Shown: positions 25,379 through 35,493, counted from the first letter of the stretch. The stretch is 64,000 nucleotides of DNA from Candidatus Omnitrophota bacterium (GCA_015233335.1 JADFXX010000009.1:368-64367), one strand, 5' to 3'. The notes: generated by a model not told the origin, from the sequence alone. Program-made: numbers and translations.

Positions 25379-27598
25379 ATGAAAAAGTACTGGTTGGCAT
25401 TTATTGCTGTAGTAGTTCTTTCTTTTGGGGTTTTAGGCTGGCAAGGATTTGAAATTTATCAGCATAAACCGCCGATCCCTAAAGAAGTTGTCACAACGGA
25501 CGGCAAGGTTTTGCTGACAAGGGAGGATATTCAGAATGGTCAGAATGTATGGCAATCCATAGGAGGTATGGAGGTAGGTACGGTTTGGGGGCATGGCAGT
25601 TATGTGGCCCCTGATTGGTCTGCCGATTGGCTTCACCGTGAGCTGACCTTTATTTTAAATGATTGGTCTCAAGCTCAGTATGGCGTATTGTTCAATGATA
25701 TTTCTTCTGACAGGCAAGCGGTTCTTCTTGATCATCTTAAAGGCATGATTCGTACAAATACTTATGACCCTTCAGAGGACCGTATTGTTATTGATCCTGT
25801 CCGTGCGAAAGCCTTTGAAGATAATCAGACTTATTATAGTGATGTTTTCTCTAAAGGGCGCGCGTTCTACGCCATGCCTGAAGGAACAATGAGTGATCCT
25901 GCCAAGTTGCGCCAGCTGTCGGCTTTCTTTTTTTGGACCTCATGGGCGGCATCTACCAACCGGCCTGGAAAGATCTATACCTATACCATGAACTGGCCGC
26001 ATGAGGATTTGATCGACAATCGTCCCACCGGTGGATTGATCGTCTGGACAGGGGCAAGTATTATCTTTTTATTAGCCGGAATCGGGTTTATGGTGTGGTT
26101 TTACGGCAGTCAGGAAAAAGAAGCAGCCTCTACAATTCCTACTCATGATCCGTTAGCAAAAGTAGTGTTGACCGCCAGTCAAAAAGTCGTACTGCTATAT
26201 TTTCTTGTTGTAAGTCTACTGGTTATTTTACAGATCACCTGCGGTATTTTAACAGCGCATTATGGTGTTGAGGGGAATGGTTTTTATGGTATTCCTTTAG
26301 CCCAATGGCTTCCGTACAGCGTGACACGCACATGGCATGTGCAATTGGGCTTATTTTGGATCGCGACTGCATGGCTCGCCGCCGGTCTTTTTATTGGCCC
26401 TGTGATCGGAGGATGTGAACCTAAGGGACAAAAGGCAGGAGTTATTATTCTATTAATAGCTCTTGTAATCGTAGTTTTAGGCTCTATGGCCGGGGAGTGG
26501 ATGAGCATCTTTCATAAATTTACCGGTAACGATTGGTTTTATTGGGGGCATCAGGGATATGCCTATATTGATCTGGGCCGCATCTGGCAAATAGGGCTTT
26601 TTATAGGCCTGCTTTTATGGCTGGGATTGGTGGCAAGGGCGATATGGCCCGCATTAAAAAATCCTGATACCCAAAGACCGCTTTTAACAGTATTTACGGT
26701 CTCCTTAATCGCCATTGCCGGATTTTATGGGGCAGGACTAATGTGGGGGCAAAAAACTTCTTTATCTATTGTCGAATACTGGCGCTGGTGGGTGATCCAT
26801 TTATGGGTCGAAGGCTTCTTTGAAGTCTTTGCCACGGTGGCCATTGCGTTCTTATTTGCAAAAATGAATTTAATCAAACCCCTACACGCGGCGCGTGCCG
26901 TGCTTTTTGCTTCCACGATTTATCTCTCAGGAGGCATTATAGGCACCCTGCATCATTTATACTTTTCCGGAACACCGCTTTCAGCCATGGCTTTTGGATC
27001 GGTTTTTAGCGCCTTAGAAGTTGTGCCCCTGATCCTGGTCGGTTTTGAAGGGTGGGAGAATATCCGCCGCGCCCGTACAGCGGGCTGGGTCAGCCGCTAC
27101 AAATGGCCTATTTACTTTTTCGTTGCGGTTGCTTTCTGGAACATGCTGGGCGCCGGATTGTTTGGTTTTATGATCAATCCGCCTATTGCTCTCTATTATA
27201 TGCAGGGGTTAAATACAACGCCGCTTCATGGTCATGCCGCACTTTTCGGTGTTTATGGGATGTTGGGTTTGGGGCTGATGCTTTTTTGCCTGCGTATTTA
27301 TGATAGCCAAGGAGAGTGGAACAATAAGCTCATCAGTTTTGCTTTTTGGTCATTGAATATCGGTCTTTTGACGATGTGTGTCTTGAGTTTGTTACCCGTC
27401 GGTCTTTTGCAGACATGGGCCTCGGTCGAACATGGCTATTGGTATGCGCGCAGCAGTGAATTTTTACAAACACCGCTTATGAGTTTCTGGCGGTGGATGC
27501 GGGTACCCGGCGATACTGTTTTTGCCTTGGGGGCCTTTGCGTATGTGACTTTTATTCTGAAAGTGTTGATGAGTGCATTTAAACGTAATGAAAAATAA
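25379..27598 (+). CDS. norB: nitric-oxide reductase large subunit, long (quinol-type, qNOR-like) form
   Basis: 739 aa in the heme-copper oxidase family, with an N-terminal TM plus periplasmic extension and His-rich helices (HLWVEGFFE, TLHHLYF, LHGHAALFG). Confidence 0.85.
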   Translation: MKKYWLAFIAVVVLSFGVLGWQGFEIYQHKPPIPKEVVTTDGKVLLTREDIQNGQNVWQSIGGMEVGTVWGHGSYVAPDWSADWLHRELTFILNDWSQAQYGVLFNDISSDRQAVLLDHLKGMIRTNTYDPSEDRIVIDPVRAKAFEDNQTYYSDVFSKGRAFYAMPEGTMSDPAKLRQLSAFFFWTSWAASTNRPGKIYTYTMNWPHEDLIDNRPTGGLIVWTGASIIFLLAGIGFMVWFYGSQEKEAASTIPTHDPLAKVVLTASQKVVLLYFLVVSLLVILQITCGILTAHYGVEGNGFYGIPLAQWLPYSVTRTWHVQLGLFWIATAWLAAGLFIGPVIGGCEPKGQKAGVIILLIALVIVVLGSMAGEWMSIFHKFTGNDWFYWGHQGYAYIDLGRIWQIGLFIGLLLWLGLVARAIWPALKNPDTQRPLLTVFTVSLIAIAGFYGAGLMWGQKTSLSIVEYWRWWVIHLWVEGFFEVFATVAIAFLFAKMNLIKPLHAARAVLFASTIYLSGGIIGTLHHLYFSGTPLSAMAFGSVFSALEVVPLILVGFEGWENIRRARTAGWVSRYKWPIYFFVAVAFWNMLGAGLFGFMINPPIALYYMQGLNTTPLHGHAALFGVYGMLGLGLMLFCLRIYDSQGEWNNKLISFAFWSLNIGLLTMCVLSLLPVGLLQTWASVEHGYWYARSSEFLQTPLMSFWRWMRVPGDTVFALGAFAYVTFILKVLMSAFKRNEK

Positions 27599-27616
27599 AA
27601 AAAAGGAGAGAGGATT

Positions 27617-28093
27617 ATGGCAAATACCAGTATCGAGCATTTTTACAGCAATGATCATGATGAGCTGGATGGTTTTTTAAAGAAGTTTCAGGAGCTAAAG
27701 CGCAAAAATTTTGTTGAAGCTAAACCATTTTTCCGTGCTTTTAAATTCGGACTGGCACGCCATATTCTTTGGGAAGAGGAAATTCTTTTTCCTGTTTTTG
27801 AAGAGAAGACCGGAATGAAAGATAACGGACCTACGGTTGTCATGCGTCATGAGCATGTTTTGATCAAAGAGGCTTTGGAGGCGCTTCATGACAAAGTACG
27901 TGAGCATAACCCTGATTCAGATGCACAAGAGCGGGCCTTGATCGAGATATTGTCAGAGCATAACGATAAGGAAGAATCTATTTTGTATCCGGCCATCGAT
28001 GAAATGGCAAGCGACAAGCAAAAAAAATCATTATTCCTGAAGATGCAGGAAGTGCCTAAAGAGCGGTATGAAACTTGCGGATGCCACCATTAA
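27617..28093 (+). CDS. hemerythrin-like domain protein
   Basis: HILWEEEILFP, HEHVLIKE and SEHNDKEESILYP (H/E metal ligands). Confidence 0.75.
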   Translation: MANTSIEHFYSNDHDELDGFLKKFQELKRKNFVEAKPFFRAFKFGLARHILWEEEILFPVFEEKTGMKDNGPTVVMRHEHVLIKEALEALHDKVREHNPDSDAQERALIEILSEHNDKEESILYPAIDEMASDKQKKSLFLKMQEVPKERYETCGCHH

Positions 28094-28844
28094 AAATGTG
28101 ACCTTGCCCACCGAGCATGGCGCATCTGTCATGCTCGGTGAGTCTTTATGTGCGGGGCTTTTTATTGCAGCTTCCGCAAAAGGTTTTTTACCTGCGCTTG
28201 GCTGGCTGTTTATTTTTTTATTGATTCATCCGTTTAAGATAGCTGTTAAAGACATGTCGCATGGCATCATGACCGCCAGAACATCGACAGCATTATGGTG
28301 TTCGGCGGTTTTTGGTCTTTTAGCCGGGTCCTTAATCATTGCAACATATATTGTTAGCGGCTTTTCATTTTTGTTTGTATTGGCAGGGGTCATTCCTTTG
28401 GGAATACTGCACCTGTGGGCCGTGGTCAATGCAAATAAAAGGGAACTTACCGCCGAATTGTCCGGCGCTTTATCTTTGGGGGCCCCAGCAGCTTCAATTC
28501 TCCTGGTTGCAGGTCATCCTTATGCCCAGGCATTGGCTTTGTGGACAGTTTTGGCCGTTCGTGCCTTGACATCAGTCATTTATGTCCGTGAACGCCTGAA
28601 CCAAAGTCGAGGCAAAATAAATAATATTGGCTTGGTTGAGCAGGTGCATACCGCCGGAATGGCTGTTTTATGGGCGATGGTGCTGGTTCATTTGGTCAAA
28701 CCATTGATTTTTATTGCCGGTTTTCTGTTAGTTATGCGTTTATGGCTTTTGTATCAACGCCGTCCTATTACTGCAATAAATTTAGGTTTGCAGGAGCTGA
28801 TGTTAGGGGCCGCGTTTGTTATTTTGACCATTTTCTCATTTTAA
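28068..28844 (+). CDS. YwiC-like membrane protein
   Basis: N-terminal PTEHGASVML and about 8 TM helices. An alternative GTG start lies at 28098. Confidence 0.6.
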   Translation: MKLADATIKNVTLPTEHGASVMLGESLCAGLFIAASAKGFLPALGWLFIFLLIHPFKIAVKDMSHGIMTARTSTALWCSAVFGLLAGSLIIATYIVSGFSFLFVLAGVIPLGILHLWAVVNANKRELTAELSGALSLGAPAASILLVAGHPYAQALALWTVLAVRALTSVIYVRERLNQSRGKINNIGLVEQVHTAGMAVLWAMVLVHLVKPLIFIAGFLLVMRLWLLYQRRPITAINLGLQELMLGAAFVILTIFSF

Positions 28845-28940
28845 AGCTACCATTATATGGGCCAATATATAAGAAAATCTTATTAAAGCAATAAGATAAA
28901 ACGGCTTGATTGGCGGTGGCTTCAAGGGGATAATAAAGCC

Positions 28941-29201
28941 ATGAAATATAAATGGCTTCCCGTGTTTGATGTTAATAATTGTTCCGGCTGCAGAGCTTGC
29001 ATGCCATATTGTGCTTCGGGCTCACTGAACATTGAAGATGGCGTCGTTAGTTTTAAGAATCCCGAAGCCTGCTTAAGCGATGAACGTTGCGTCCAAGAAT
29101 GTCCTGTCGGTGGGATCCATATGGAGTGGCTTCCTCTAAACAGCGCTTCTCACCTTGGCTCATGGTCTGATCAAAAGCCGCAGATGCAAAATTGTTCCTA
29201 A
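28941..29201 (+). CDS. 4Fe-4S ferredoxin-type protein
   Basis: CSGCRACMPYC and C...CVQECP motifs. Confidence 0.6.
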   Translation: MKYKWLPVFDVNNCSGCRACMPYCASGSLNIEDGVVSFKNPEACLSDERCVQECPVGGIHMEWLPLNSASHLGSWSDQKPQMQNCS

Positions 29202-29299
29202 CCTCATTTTTTCACTAAACTGCCTTAATCCCCTCAATCTTTTTTGTTGCCTTAATGAACTCTTCTAATTAGAATAGAACAAACACTTTCGGGGCGGTT

Positions 29300-30931
29300 A
29301 TGCTTATAAAAATCCTTCGAATTTCTGCTAAAGTCATTGTCAGCCTGTTTTTATTTTACGTCATTGCAGGTTTTATCATCATCCCTCTTGTTCTAACCTG
29401 GGCCATTCCTTCCCAAGGGACCAAATTTCTTAAACACCCGGTTCTTGTCCGTTCGGTTGCGCTCAATCCTTTCCTATGGCAGCTGACTATTAAGGACTTT
29501 CAGATCTTAGATCTTCAGAAACAGGAAATGCTTGGCTTTGATAAATTATTTATTGATGTAAGTTTTATTGATTTTTTAAAGAAGATTTATCACGTCGAAG
29601 CTTTTGAGTTAGACGGCCTTAAAGTTAATGTGGAGTTATTGTCCGGCGGGCAGATCAATCTTTTAGAACTAGTCCCGTCAGGTGCCCCTGCGCCTAAGGC
29701 GCCGGCAGAGGTTAAGACCACGTCAGTTGTCGAAAAACCGGCGCCTTTGCCCGTTGTTATCATAGATTCGATCACCCTGCATCATGGGCAGATCCGTTTT
29801 ACCGATAAAGCCATCAAGCCTAATTTTATAACGACGCTCGGGGCTATGGAATTGCTCGTAACGCATATAACGACAGATCCCCAGACTGAAGCCAAAGTCA
29901 AATTTCAGGCCTATTTGGATGACAAGGGCAGGATCTCAACGGAGACGATCATAAAGCCTTTAAGTATGCCGTTGGCCATGGAAACAGCGTTCAGTCTCAA
30001 TGACTATGCTTTAGAAGTTTTGACGCCGTACGTCGGTAAATATACAGGGCGTGAATTAAGAAGCGGCAAAATGGACCTGACATTGGATTATCGTATAAGT
30101 GACAATAAGCTAGTGGCCAGTCATAAGCTTTTGATCCAGCGTTTTGAGTTTGGCAATAATGTAGACAGTAAGGACGCCCTGCATTTGCCTTTTGGTCTGG
30201 CGGTTGCTTTGCTTGAAGATCCCCAGGGTAAGATCAGCATTGCTTTGCCTGCGGCAGGAGATATGAGCGATCCGAAATTTGAATATACGCATTTGATCTT
30301 TCAAGTGATCCGTAATTTTTTTCTTAATCTTGTTACTAAGCCGTTTTCGTTTTTAGGGTCGATGTTAGGCGCCTCCGGCCAAGGCACGGATGAATTAGGC
30401 TATGTCCGTTTTTCTCCGGGCAGGACGGACCTGTCCGACTCCCAAAAACAAAAATTGAGAAAACTCATTAATGGTCTTAAAACCCGCCCTAAACTGCATC
30501 TTGAAATTGACGGCAGTTATGATCCCCAAGTAGATTGGAAAGCGATACAGGCAGATGCTTTTACCAAGGATTATGAGCAATTAAGGAAGGATTCCAGCCG
30601 CTCTGAGGGTAAGGTTTATCAGCTTTTATATCAACGCCGTTTTGGGATCCGGGCCTTATGGGCCCTTGCCAAGAAATATAAGGAAGGGGTAGGAAATTAT
30701 AACGATAGTAAACTTGACCAGGAAATCAAACGTCAATTGATTGAAAACGCTCCTCCTGATCTGGGGCATTTAAGTGTTTTAGCTCAAACTCGCGCTGGGA
30801 TGGCCCATGATTTTTTTATTTCCTGCGGTCTTGACGCACAACGCCTGACCATCGGCCCGCCGCACTCTACTCAAAGCAGTATGGGGTATGTTCCCATGGA
30901 ATTTACCCTGACGGTTTTTGATAAGACGTAA
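29300..30931 (+). CDS. DUF748 / AsmA-like membrane-anchored protein
   Basis: N-terminal TM helix. ITLHHGQIRFTDKAIKPNF...LELLVTHITT is typical of DUF748. Confidence 0.6.
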   Translation: MLIKILRISAKVIVSLFLFYVIAGFIIIPLVLTWAIPSQGTKFLKHPVLVRSVALNPFLWQLTIKDFQILDLQKQEMLGFDKLFIDVSFIDFLKKIYHVEAFELDGLKVNVELLSGGQINLLELVPSGAPAPKAPAEVKTTSVVEKPAPLPVVIIDSITLHHGQIRFTDKAIKPNFITTLGAMELLVTHITTDPQTEAKVKFQAYLDDKGRISTETIIKPLSMPLAMETAFSLNDYALEVLTPYVGKYTGRELRSGKMDLTLDYRISDNKLVASHKLLIQRFEFGNNVDSKDALHLPFGLAVALLEDPQGKISIALPAAGDMSDPKFEYTHLIFQVIRNFFLNLVTKPFSFLGSMLGASGQGTDELGYVRFSPGRTDLSDSQKQKLRKLINGLKTRPKLHLEIDGSYDPQVDWKAIQADAFTKDYEQLRKDSSRSEGKVYQLLYQRRFGIRALWALAKKYKEGVGNYNDSKLDQEIKRQLIENAPPDLGHLSVLAQTRAGMAHDFFISCGLDAQRLTIGPPHSTQSSMGYVPMEFTLTVFDKT

Positions 30932-31035
30932 ATAAACCCACAAAAGAATGCTTGACTAATATTGGCTATTTGATAATGTACTGATGCTATATAAGTCGAA
31001 ATTATACTTATTTAAAAAGACAAAGGGTTAAGATT

Positions 31036-31380
31036 GTGCTTGATGCTGTTCGTTTGGCTGTTTATTTATTCTTAGGGATTTGGTTTTGGGCCCCACTCGA
31101 GGGTTGGGCGGCGGACCAAAATCCGTATATCATTGTGATCAAAGGCCATCAATTCGCTCCGTCGCAATTAATGATCCCTGCCGGTCAGAAAATTAAACTG
31201 ACTGTTGATAATCAGGACCCCTCACCGGAAGAATTTGAAAGTTATGACTTGAATCGTGAAAAAGTGGTCTCAGGAAACAAGCAAATCATCGTTTTTATAG
31301 GACCGCTTAAGCCGGGCACATATAGGTATTTCGGGGATTTTCATAAAAAAACAGCAGAGGGGATTATCAAGGCCCAATAA
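31036..31380 (+). CDS. cupredoxin-like exported protein
   Basis: Signal peptide, with IPAGQKIKLTVDNQDPSPEEFES...PGTYRYFGDFH. GTG start. Confidence 0.6.
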   Translation: MLDAVRLAVYLFLGIWFWAPLEGWAADQNPYIIVIKGHQFAPSQLMIPAGQKIKLTVDNQDPSPEEFESYDLNREKVVSGNKQIIVFIGPLKPGTYRYFGDFHKKTAEGIIKAQ

Positions 31381-31385
31381 AATGT

Positions 31386-32939
31386 ATGTTTTCAATTGCC
31401 ATTATTGTATTTAGGGAAGTCTTAGAGATAGCTCTGATCTTAGGCGTTTTGCTCGCGGCGACCAAAGGACTGCGAAACCGTGCATGGTGGGTATGGCTAG
31501 GGGTATTTCTCGGGATAGGGGGTGCCGTAGTTGTCGCATGCTTTGCAGATGCCATTTCACAAGCCGCCCAAGGCATGGGGCAGGAGATGATGAATGCAAC
31601 TATTCTTTTTATCGCGGCCGTTCTTATTGGCTGGACAGTGATTTGGATCAACCGCAATGGAAAAGAACTCGCACAACATTTTAAAGAATTGGGAACGGCG
31701 GTCATTAAGGGACAAAAACCTAAATACATGATTACAGGCATTGTGGCATTATCAGTTTTACGCGAGGGCTCGGAGATCGTGATGTTTATTTATGGCGCGT
31801 TTGTCAGCGGAGGCAAGATACATCTATTAATGATCGGAAGTTTATTAGGTGCTTGCATGGGGATCATGGCAGGGGCAGGAATTTATTATGGTTTAATGAT
31901 AATTCCTATCAAAAAGACATTGGTCGTGACAAGTTGGCTTTTAATTTTATTAGTTGCCGGAATGGTGGCCGGGGCTTTTGGGTATTTAGCTGCTGCCGGC
32001 CGTGTCCCTGATCTGATCCCCATGGTTTGGGATACCTCGAGGGTCATATCTGATGGCAGCTTCTTAGGGGAAATTATGCATATTCTGATCGGTTATACGG
32101 ATAGGCCGTCGGGCATACAGCTTTTAGTTTATCTTTTGACCGTAGGGGTTTTATTCACAGCATTAAAAATATTTGGCCAGGCATCAATCCCGAACACCAA
32201 AAAATATCTTACACTATTGATGATGGGGCTAATCGGCACCTTTGGCTTATCTCATTCTGCTTTCGCCGAGAAGCGGGTGTTTGAACCTTATGCCGAGCAG
32301 GGGGAATTAGAGGTAGAAACAACCGGGGTGTATGATTTTGATCATGCCCGGAATAAAAACGCTGTACAAGAGTATCATAACGCGGTCGGTTATGGGGTAA
32401 CGAGCATTTGGCATACGGAATTGGAGATTGAAACAGAAACACAGCCGACCGTTGATGCCATAACTCCCCTTAAGGCAACCCATATGGAATGGGAGAATAT
32501 TTTTCAGCTGACCCAGCAGGGAGAATATTGGGTGGATGCCGGTGTGTATTTTGCTTATGAGGCGCCCCTTATCAATAAACAAGTAGGGCAGTTTGAAGGA
32601 AAAATTCTCTTGGAGAAATCTATCGATAAAATTACGAACACGCTTAATATTAATTTTAATAAGGAGGTCGGCGGGGGCAGAGACCCGCATACCGACGGCG
32701 GGATATCTTGGAGCGCTAAATACCGGTTGTCTCAATATTTTGAACCGGGGGCTGAGTACTACAATGATTTTAGCGCGCTTGCTCACCAATTAAACTACGA
32801 TCAGCAAAGCCATCAGGTCGGACCTGCCTTTTATGGCCATTTATTCAATCATGTGAAATATGATATTGGCTATTTATTCGGAGTGTCCAAAACTGCCCCA
32901 ATAGGCGAATTAAAGTGGGTTTTGGAATATGAGTTTTAG
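31386..32939 (+). CDS. FTR1-family iron permease fused in frame to a beta-barrel-like C-terminal domain
   Basis: REVLE and REGSE (REXXE) motifs within seven helices (aa 1-270). These are followed by a signal-peptide-like segment KKYLTLLMMGLIGTFGLSHSAFA and about 225 aa of amphipathic beta strands ending LEYEF. Confidence 0.75.
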   Translation: MFSIAIIVFREVLEIALILGVLLAATKGLRNRAWWVWLGVFLGIGGAVVVACFADAISQAAQGMGQEMMNATILFIAAVLIGWTVIWINRNGKELAQHFKELGTAVIKGQKPKYMITGIVALSVLREGSEIVMFIYGAFVSGGKIHLLMIGSLLGACMGIMAGAGIYYGLMIIPIKKTLVVTSWLLILLVAGMVAGAFGYLAAAGRVPDLIPMVWDTSRVISDGSFLGEIMHILIGYTDRPSGIQLLVYLLTVGVLFTALKIFGQASIPNTKKYLTLLMMGLIGTFGLSHSAFAEKRVFEPYAEQGELEVETTGVYDFDHARNKNAVQEYHNAVGYGVTSIWHTELEIETETQPTVDAITPLKATHMEWENIFQLTQQGEYWVDAGVYFAYEAPLINKQVGQFEGKILLEKSIDKITNTLNINFNKEVGGGRDPHTDGGISWSAKYRLSQYFEPGAEYYNDFSALAHQLNYDQQSHQVGPAFYGHLFNHVKYDIGYLFGVSKTAPIGELKWVLEYEF

Positions 32940-33616
32940 CGTGTCGAGATCGGTCGATCCGGGAAGGCCAGCTGATCACGGGCGCGCCAGTCACGGACAT
33001 AGTTGATCTCCATGAGCCTACGTACACCAATGATCGGTCGCGGTTCAAAGCCATGCCAGGTGTGAGGGCCGGACTTAAAAACAACTCCGGAATCAAATTC
33101 AGGATTTCCCCGCTTGACTAATTTTTTTTCATGATCATAGATATCTGTGCCCCAGTCTTTGGCATAAGGACCGGTGCACAGGTAGATGACCATGGAAAAT
33201 ACTTTTTCGGGGATATCTCGGTGCGGCTCGAGCCACATCCCGTCTAAGTCCTGCATATATTCAAGGCGAAGAAAGGTGCCGTCGGCTTTAATGGCGCATG
33301 TTTCTTCAAATTGCCGCGCGACATCAGGCATTTGGAGGGCTTGTGACAATTTTTCACAGACAGGGTATAGGCTGCGCAGCTCGGGAGTAAAAAATGTGCG
33401 CTGATCGTTATAGTTACCGCGCGTCCCGTCCGTTCTTCCCAAAAGCGGAGGAGCAATAGGCAATACTAGGATGGCGGTACAAAGAGCTTCAGGGAATACT
33501 TCTTTGCAATACCAGCGTAGGTAAGGGTTTTCGTCACGTCTTGAGGCGCGCAAAGAATTGATAAAATGAGTCGCTATGATATCAGGTTCTGGAACGAACG
33601 GATAATTCATCATCAT
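32936..33616 (-). CDS. 2OG-Fe(II) oxygenase-like protein
   Basis: EPHRD (HxD) and HTWHG (distal His) with RRLMEINYV. Confidence 0.55.
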   Translation of the reverse strand: MMMNYPFVPEPDIIATHFINSLRASRRDENPYLRWYCKEVFPEALCTAILVLPIAPPLLGRTDGTRGNYNDQRTFFTPELRSLYPVCEKLSQALQMPDVARQFEETCAIKADGTFLRLEYMQDLDGMWLEPHRDIPEKVFSMVIYLCTGPYAKDWGTDIYDHEKKLVKRGNPEFDSGVVFKSGPHTWHGFEPRPIIGVRRLMEINYVRDWRARDQLAFPDRPISTR

Positions 33617-34311
33617 CCTTTGTTTCCCCAGGAACGCGGGGCCCAGTCAATGAGCTGTTTGGCACCCGGGATCGATTTAACAAATGCACTTATGGCATGG
33701 CGCACATTTTCACGGATGGGATACCATTTGGAATCAACATAGCAAAGCTGCACGCTCATCCGTTTGCCTTTTTGCGGTAAAAAACCGTGCCAGGAACGGT
33801 CGCTGACCCGGAACATCAGCATATTCCCGAACACCGGTGCAAATTCAAAAGCGCAATCGTCGCGGTTGTTGCCGCGCAAAATACGCAGGCGTCCTTTCTC
33901 ATACGGCCATTCTTCACTGAATCCGACGAGAACGGTGATGATTTTGTGCTTTGAGTCAGTATGCGCATAGCCTTCGTTATAGCGTCCGCTGGTGTTGCCC
34001 ATCATCACAATGCTGGCGGGATAAGGGCTTAAGTCCATGTTGAACTTCTGTTCGACCAAATGCCGGAAACGCTGGCTTAAAAGATCCTTCATACAGGCAT
34101 CGAATTTTGCCCCGTAATGTAAGCTGGGAAGGCCGTAACTGCCGCGGTCGGGAATGACCGGCGCGTCGGCCAACACCTCTTTTTTTAACCTCTGATCGAT
34201 AACCTTGTCAATAAAAACGAAATCATAAGGGTCACGCCTTAATTCGGCGGAAATAATAGCGGATTCGTTAAACATTTGAAGAGGGGCATCCTGATTGGGC
34301 ACGTTTTCCAT
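33613..34311 (-). CDS. 2OG-Fe(II) oxygenase-like protein (paralogous fold)
   Basis: AHTDSK (HxD), SWHG, and RMSVQLCYV. 4-nt overlap with the downstream gene. Confidence 0.55.
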   Translation of the reverse strand: MENVPNQDAPLQMFNESAIISAELRRDPYDFVFIDKVIDQRLKKEVLADAPVIPDRGSYGLPSLHYGAKFDACMKDLLSQRFRHLVEQKFNMDLSPYPASIVMMGNTSGRYNEGYAHTDSKHKIITVLVGFSEEWPYEKGRLRILRGNNRDDCAFEFAPVFGNMLMFRVSDRSWHGFLPQKGKRMSVQLCYVDSKWYPIRENVRHAISAFVKSIPGAKQLIDWAPRSWGNKG

Positions 34312-34326
34312 CTTTTTTGCTCCTTA

Positions 34327-35493
34327 TTAAAATAATGGATAAGATGGCTGATGACGGCCTTTGATCGCCACCCCTTCAATTTCAATGAGCCATTCGGGGC
34401 GGCACACGGCGGCCTGAACAAAGACTGTTGGGACTCGGGGAAGTTTTTTCTTTAAACGTTCACTGACACGGTTAAAATCAGCCGGGTCGCGCAGGTAGAC
34501 GATCATGTACATCATGTCCGCTAGGCTTGCACCTCCGGCCTTTAAAAGGGAACTCATATTCTCAAGCGTCCGATCCAATTGTTTGAGAACGTGCCGGGGA
34601 TATAAGGTGATCCCTCGATTATCAACGCTGGCAGTTCCCGAGATGAAATAATGGGTCCTGTCCGCATAACAGATGCGGGTCCCTCTCTCAAAAGTGACGT
34701 TATACTCTTTGGCGGCGCACAGCATATCGAAATCGTTAAGATAAGAGACTTGGTTCGGGTCAAGGCCCAAGATCGAGTATGCATCCATCACCACCAGGTC
34801 ATGATGGTGTGTGCCGCCTCCTTCAATGCCGGTGCTGGCAATGAAATGCGTATCACCGGTCAGGCCTTTTTGGGCAAACAAGTCCCGGCGTTCATCGACC
34901 ATCTCCCGGTAAAAAGCATCGACGCCGCGGACATAGATCCAAGTACGAACGCAGTTATTGTACAAATCCCCTCCTGCTAGGGAAAGATCGCGGATCAGGT
35001 TGGTAAAAACAGTGCGAGTTTGAACGCGTGTGGACAGGGATCTGCCCATCTCTTGGGGGGATAAATGCGTGCTCCACAGATGTTTGAGTCCATTCTTTCG
35101 GACCAAAACAAGAGACGGTGAAAGCCGCTGGTTTTCTAGGGGCTTGCTGCTTTCAATATGATAGGCTAATAGAGAAATTTTGGCATAAGGCAAAGGGGGC
35201 TGCTGGATGATGGAAACTGCAACAGGGTGTCTTTTAGTATCGCACGCAAGCGGACTATTCCCTACGTTCTCGATTTGATTCAATGCGTCACTTAAGAATA
35301 TACGGCGAAAAACCGCAGTTTTAGGGGAAAGTCCCAAATCCTTGATCTTTGCCGCGTAGCTTTTCTCAATGTGTTTGATCTGTTCCTTAAATCCGATACT
35401 ATCAGGCGCAGTAACGACAAAGAAATGTTCCGCCTCGCCCTTTTCCCCTAAAAAACGGCGGTGTTTAACGCAGTCTAATGATTTTGTTTTCAT
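34327..35493 (-). CDS. two-domain Rid/YjgF-fold enzyme, FkbO/Hyg5/XanB2-type chorismatase-like
   Basis: VRTWIYVRG...FIASTGIEGG...TFERGTRI...ISGTASVD...LIEIEGVA follows the motif order I recall for chorismatases. Confidence 0.5.
   Translation of the reverse strand: MKTKSLDCVKHRRFLGEKGEAEHFFVVTAPDSIGFKEQIKHIEKSYAAKIKDLGLSPKTAVFRRIFLSDALNQIENVGNSPLACDTKRHPVAVSIIQQPPLPYAKISLLAYHIESSKPLENQRLSPSLVLVRKNGLKHLWSTHLSPQEMGRSLSTRVQTRTVFTNLIRDLSLAGGDLYNNCVRTWIYVRGVDAFYREMVDERRDLFAQKGLTGDTHFIASTGIEGGGTHHHDLVVMDAYSILGLDPNQVSYLNDFDMLCAAKEYNVTFERGTRICYADRTHYFISGTASVDNRGITLYPRHVLKQLDRTLENMSSLLKAGGASLADMMYMIVYLRDPADFNRVSERLKKKLPRVPTVFVQAAVCRPEWLIEIEGVAIKGRHQPSYPLF

Noticed and set aside
30969-30987. Possible Fur box (TTTGATAATGTACTGATGC) upstream of the cupredoxin/FTR1 genes
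   Set aside because: Only the first GATAATG half matches the 19-bp Fur consensus, and the second half does not. This is too weak to call.
31367-32789. Minus-strand ORFs (124 aa, 160 aa and others) inside the FTR1 fusion gene
   Set aside because: They are antisense shadows of a gene with clear REXXE motifs, with no motifs or start signals of their own.
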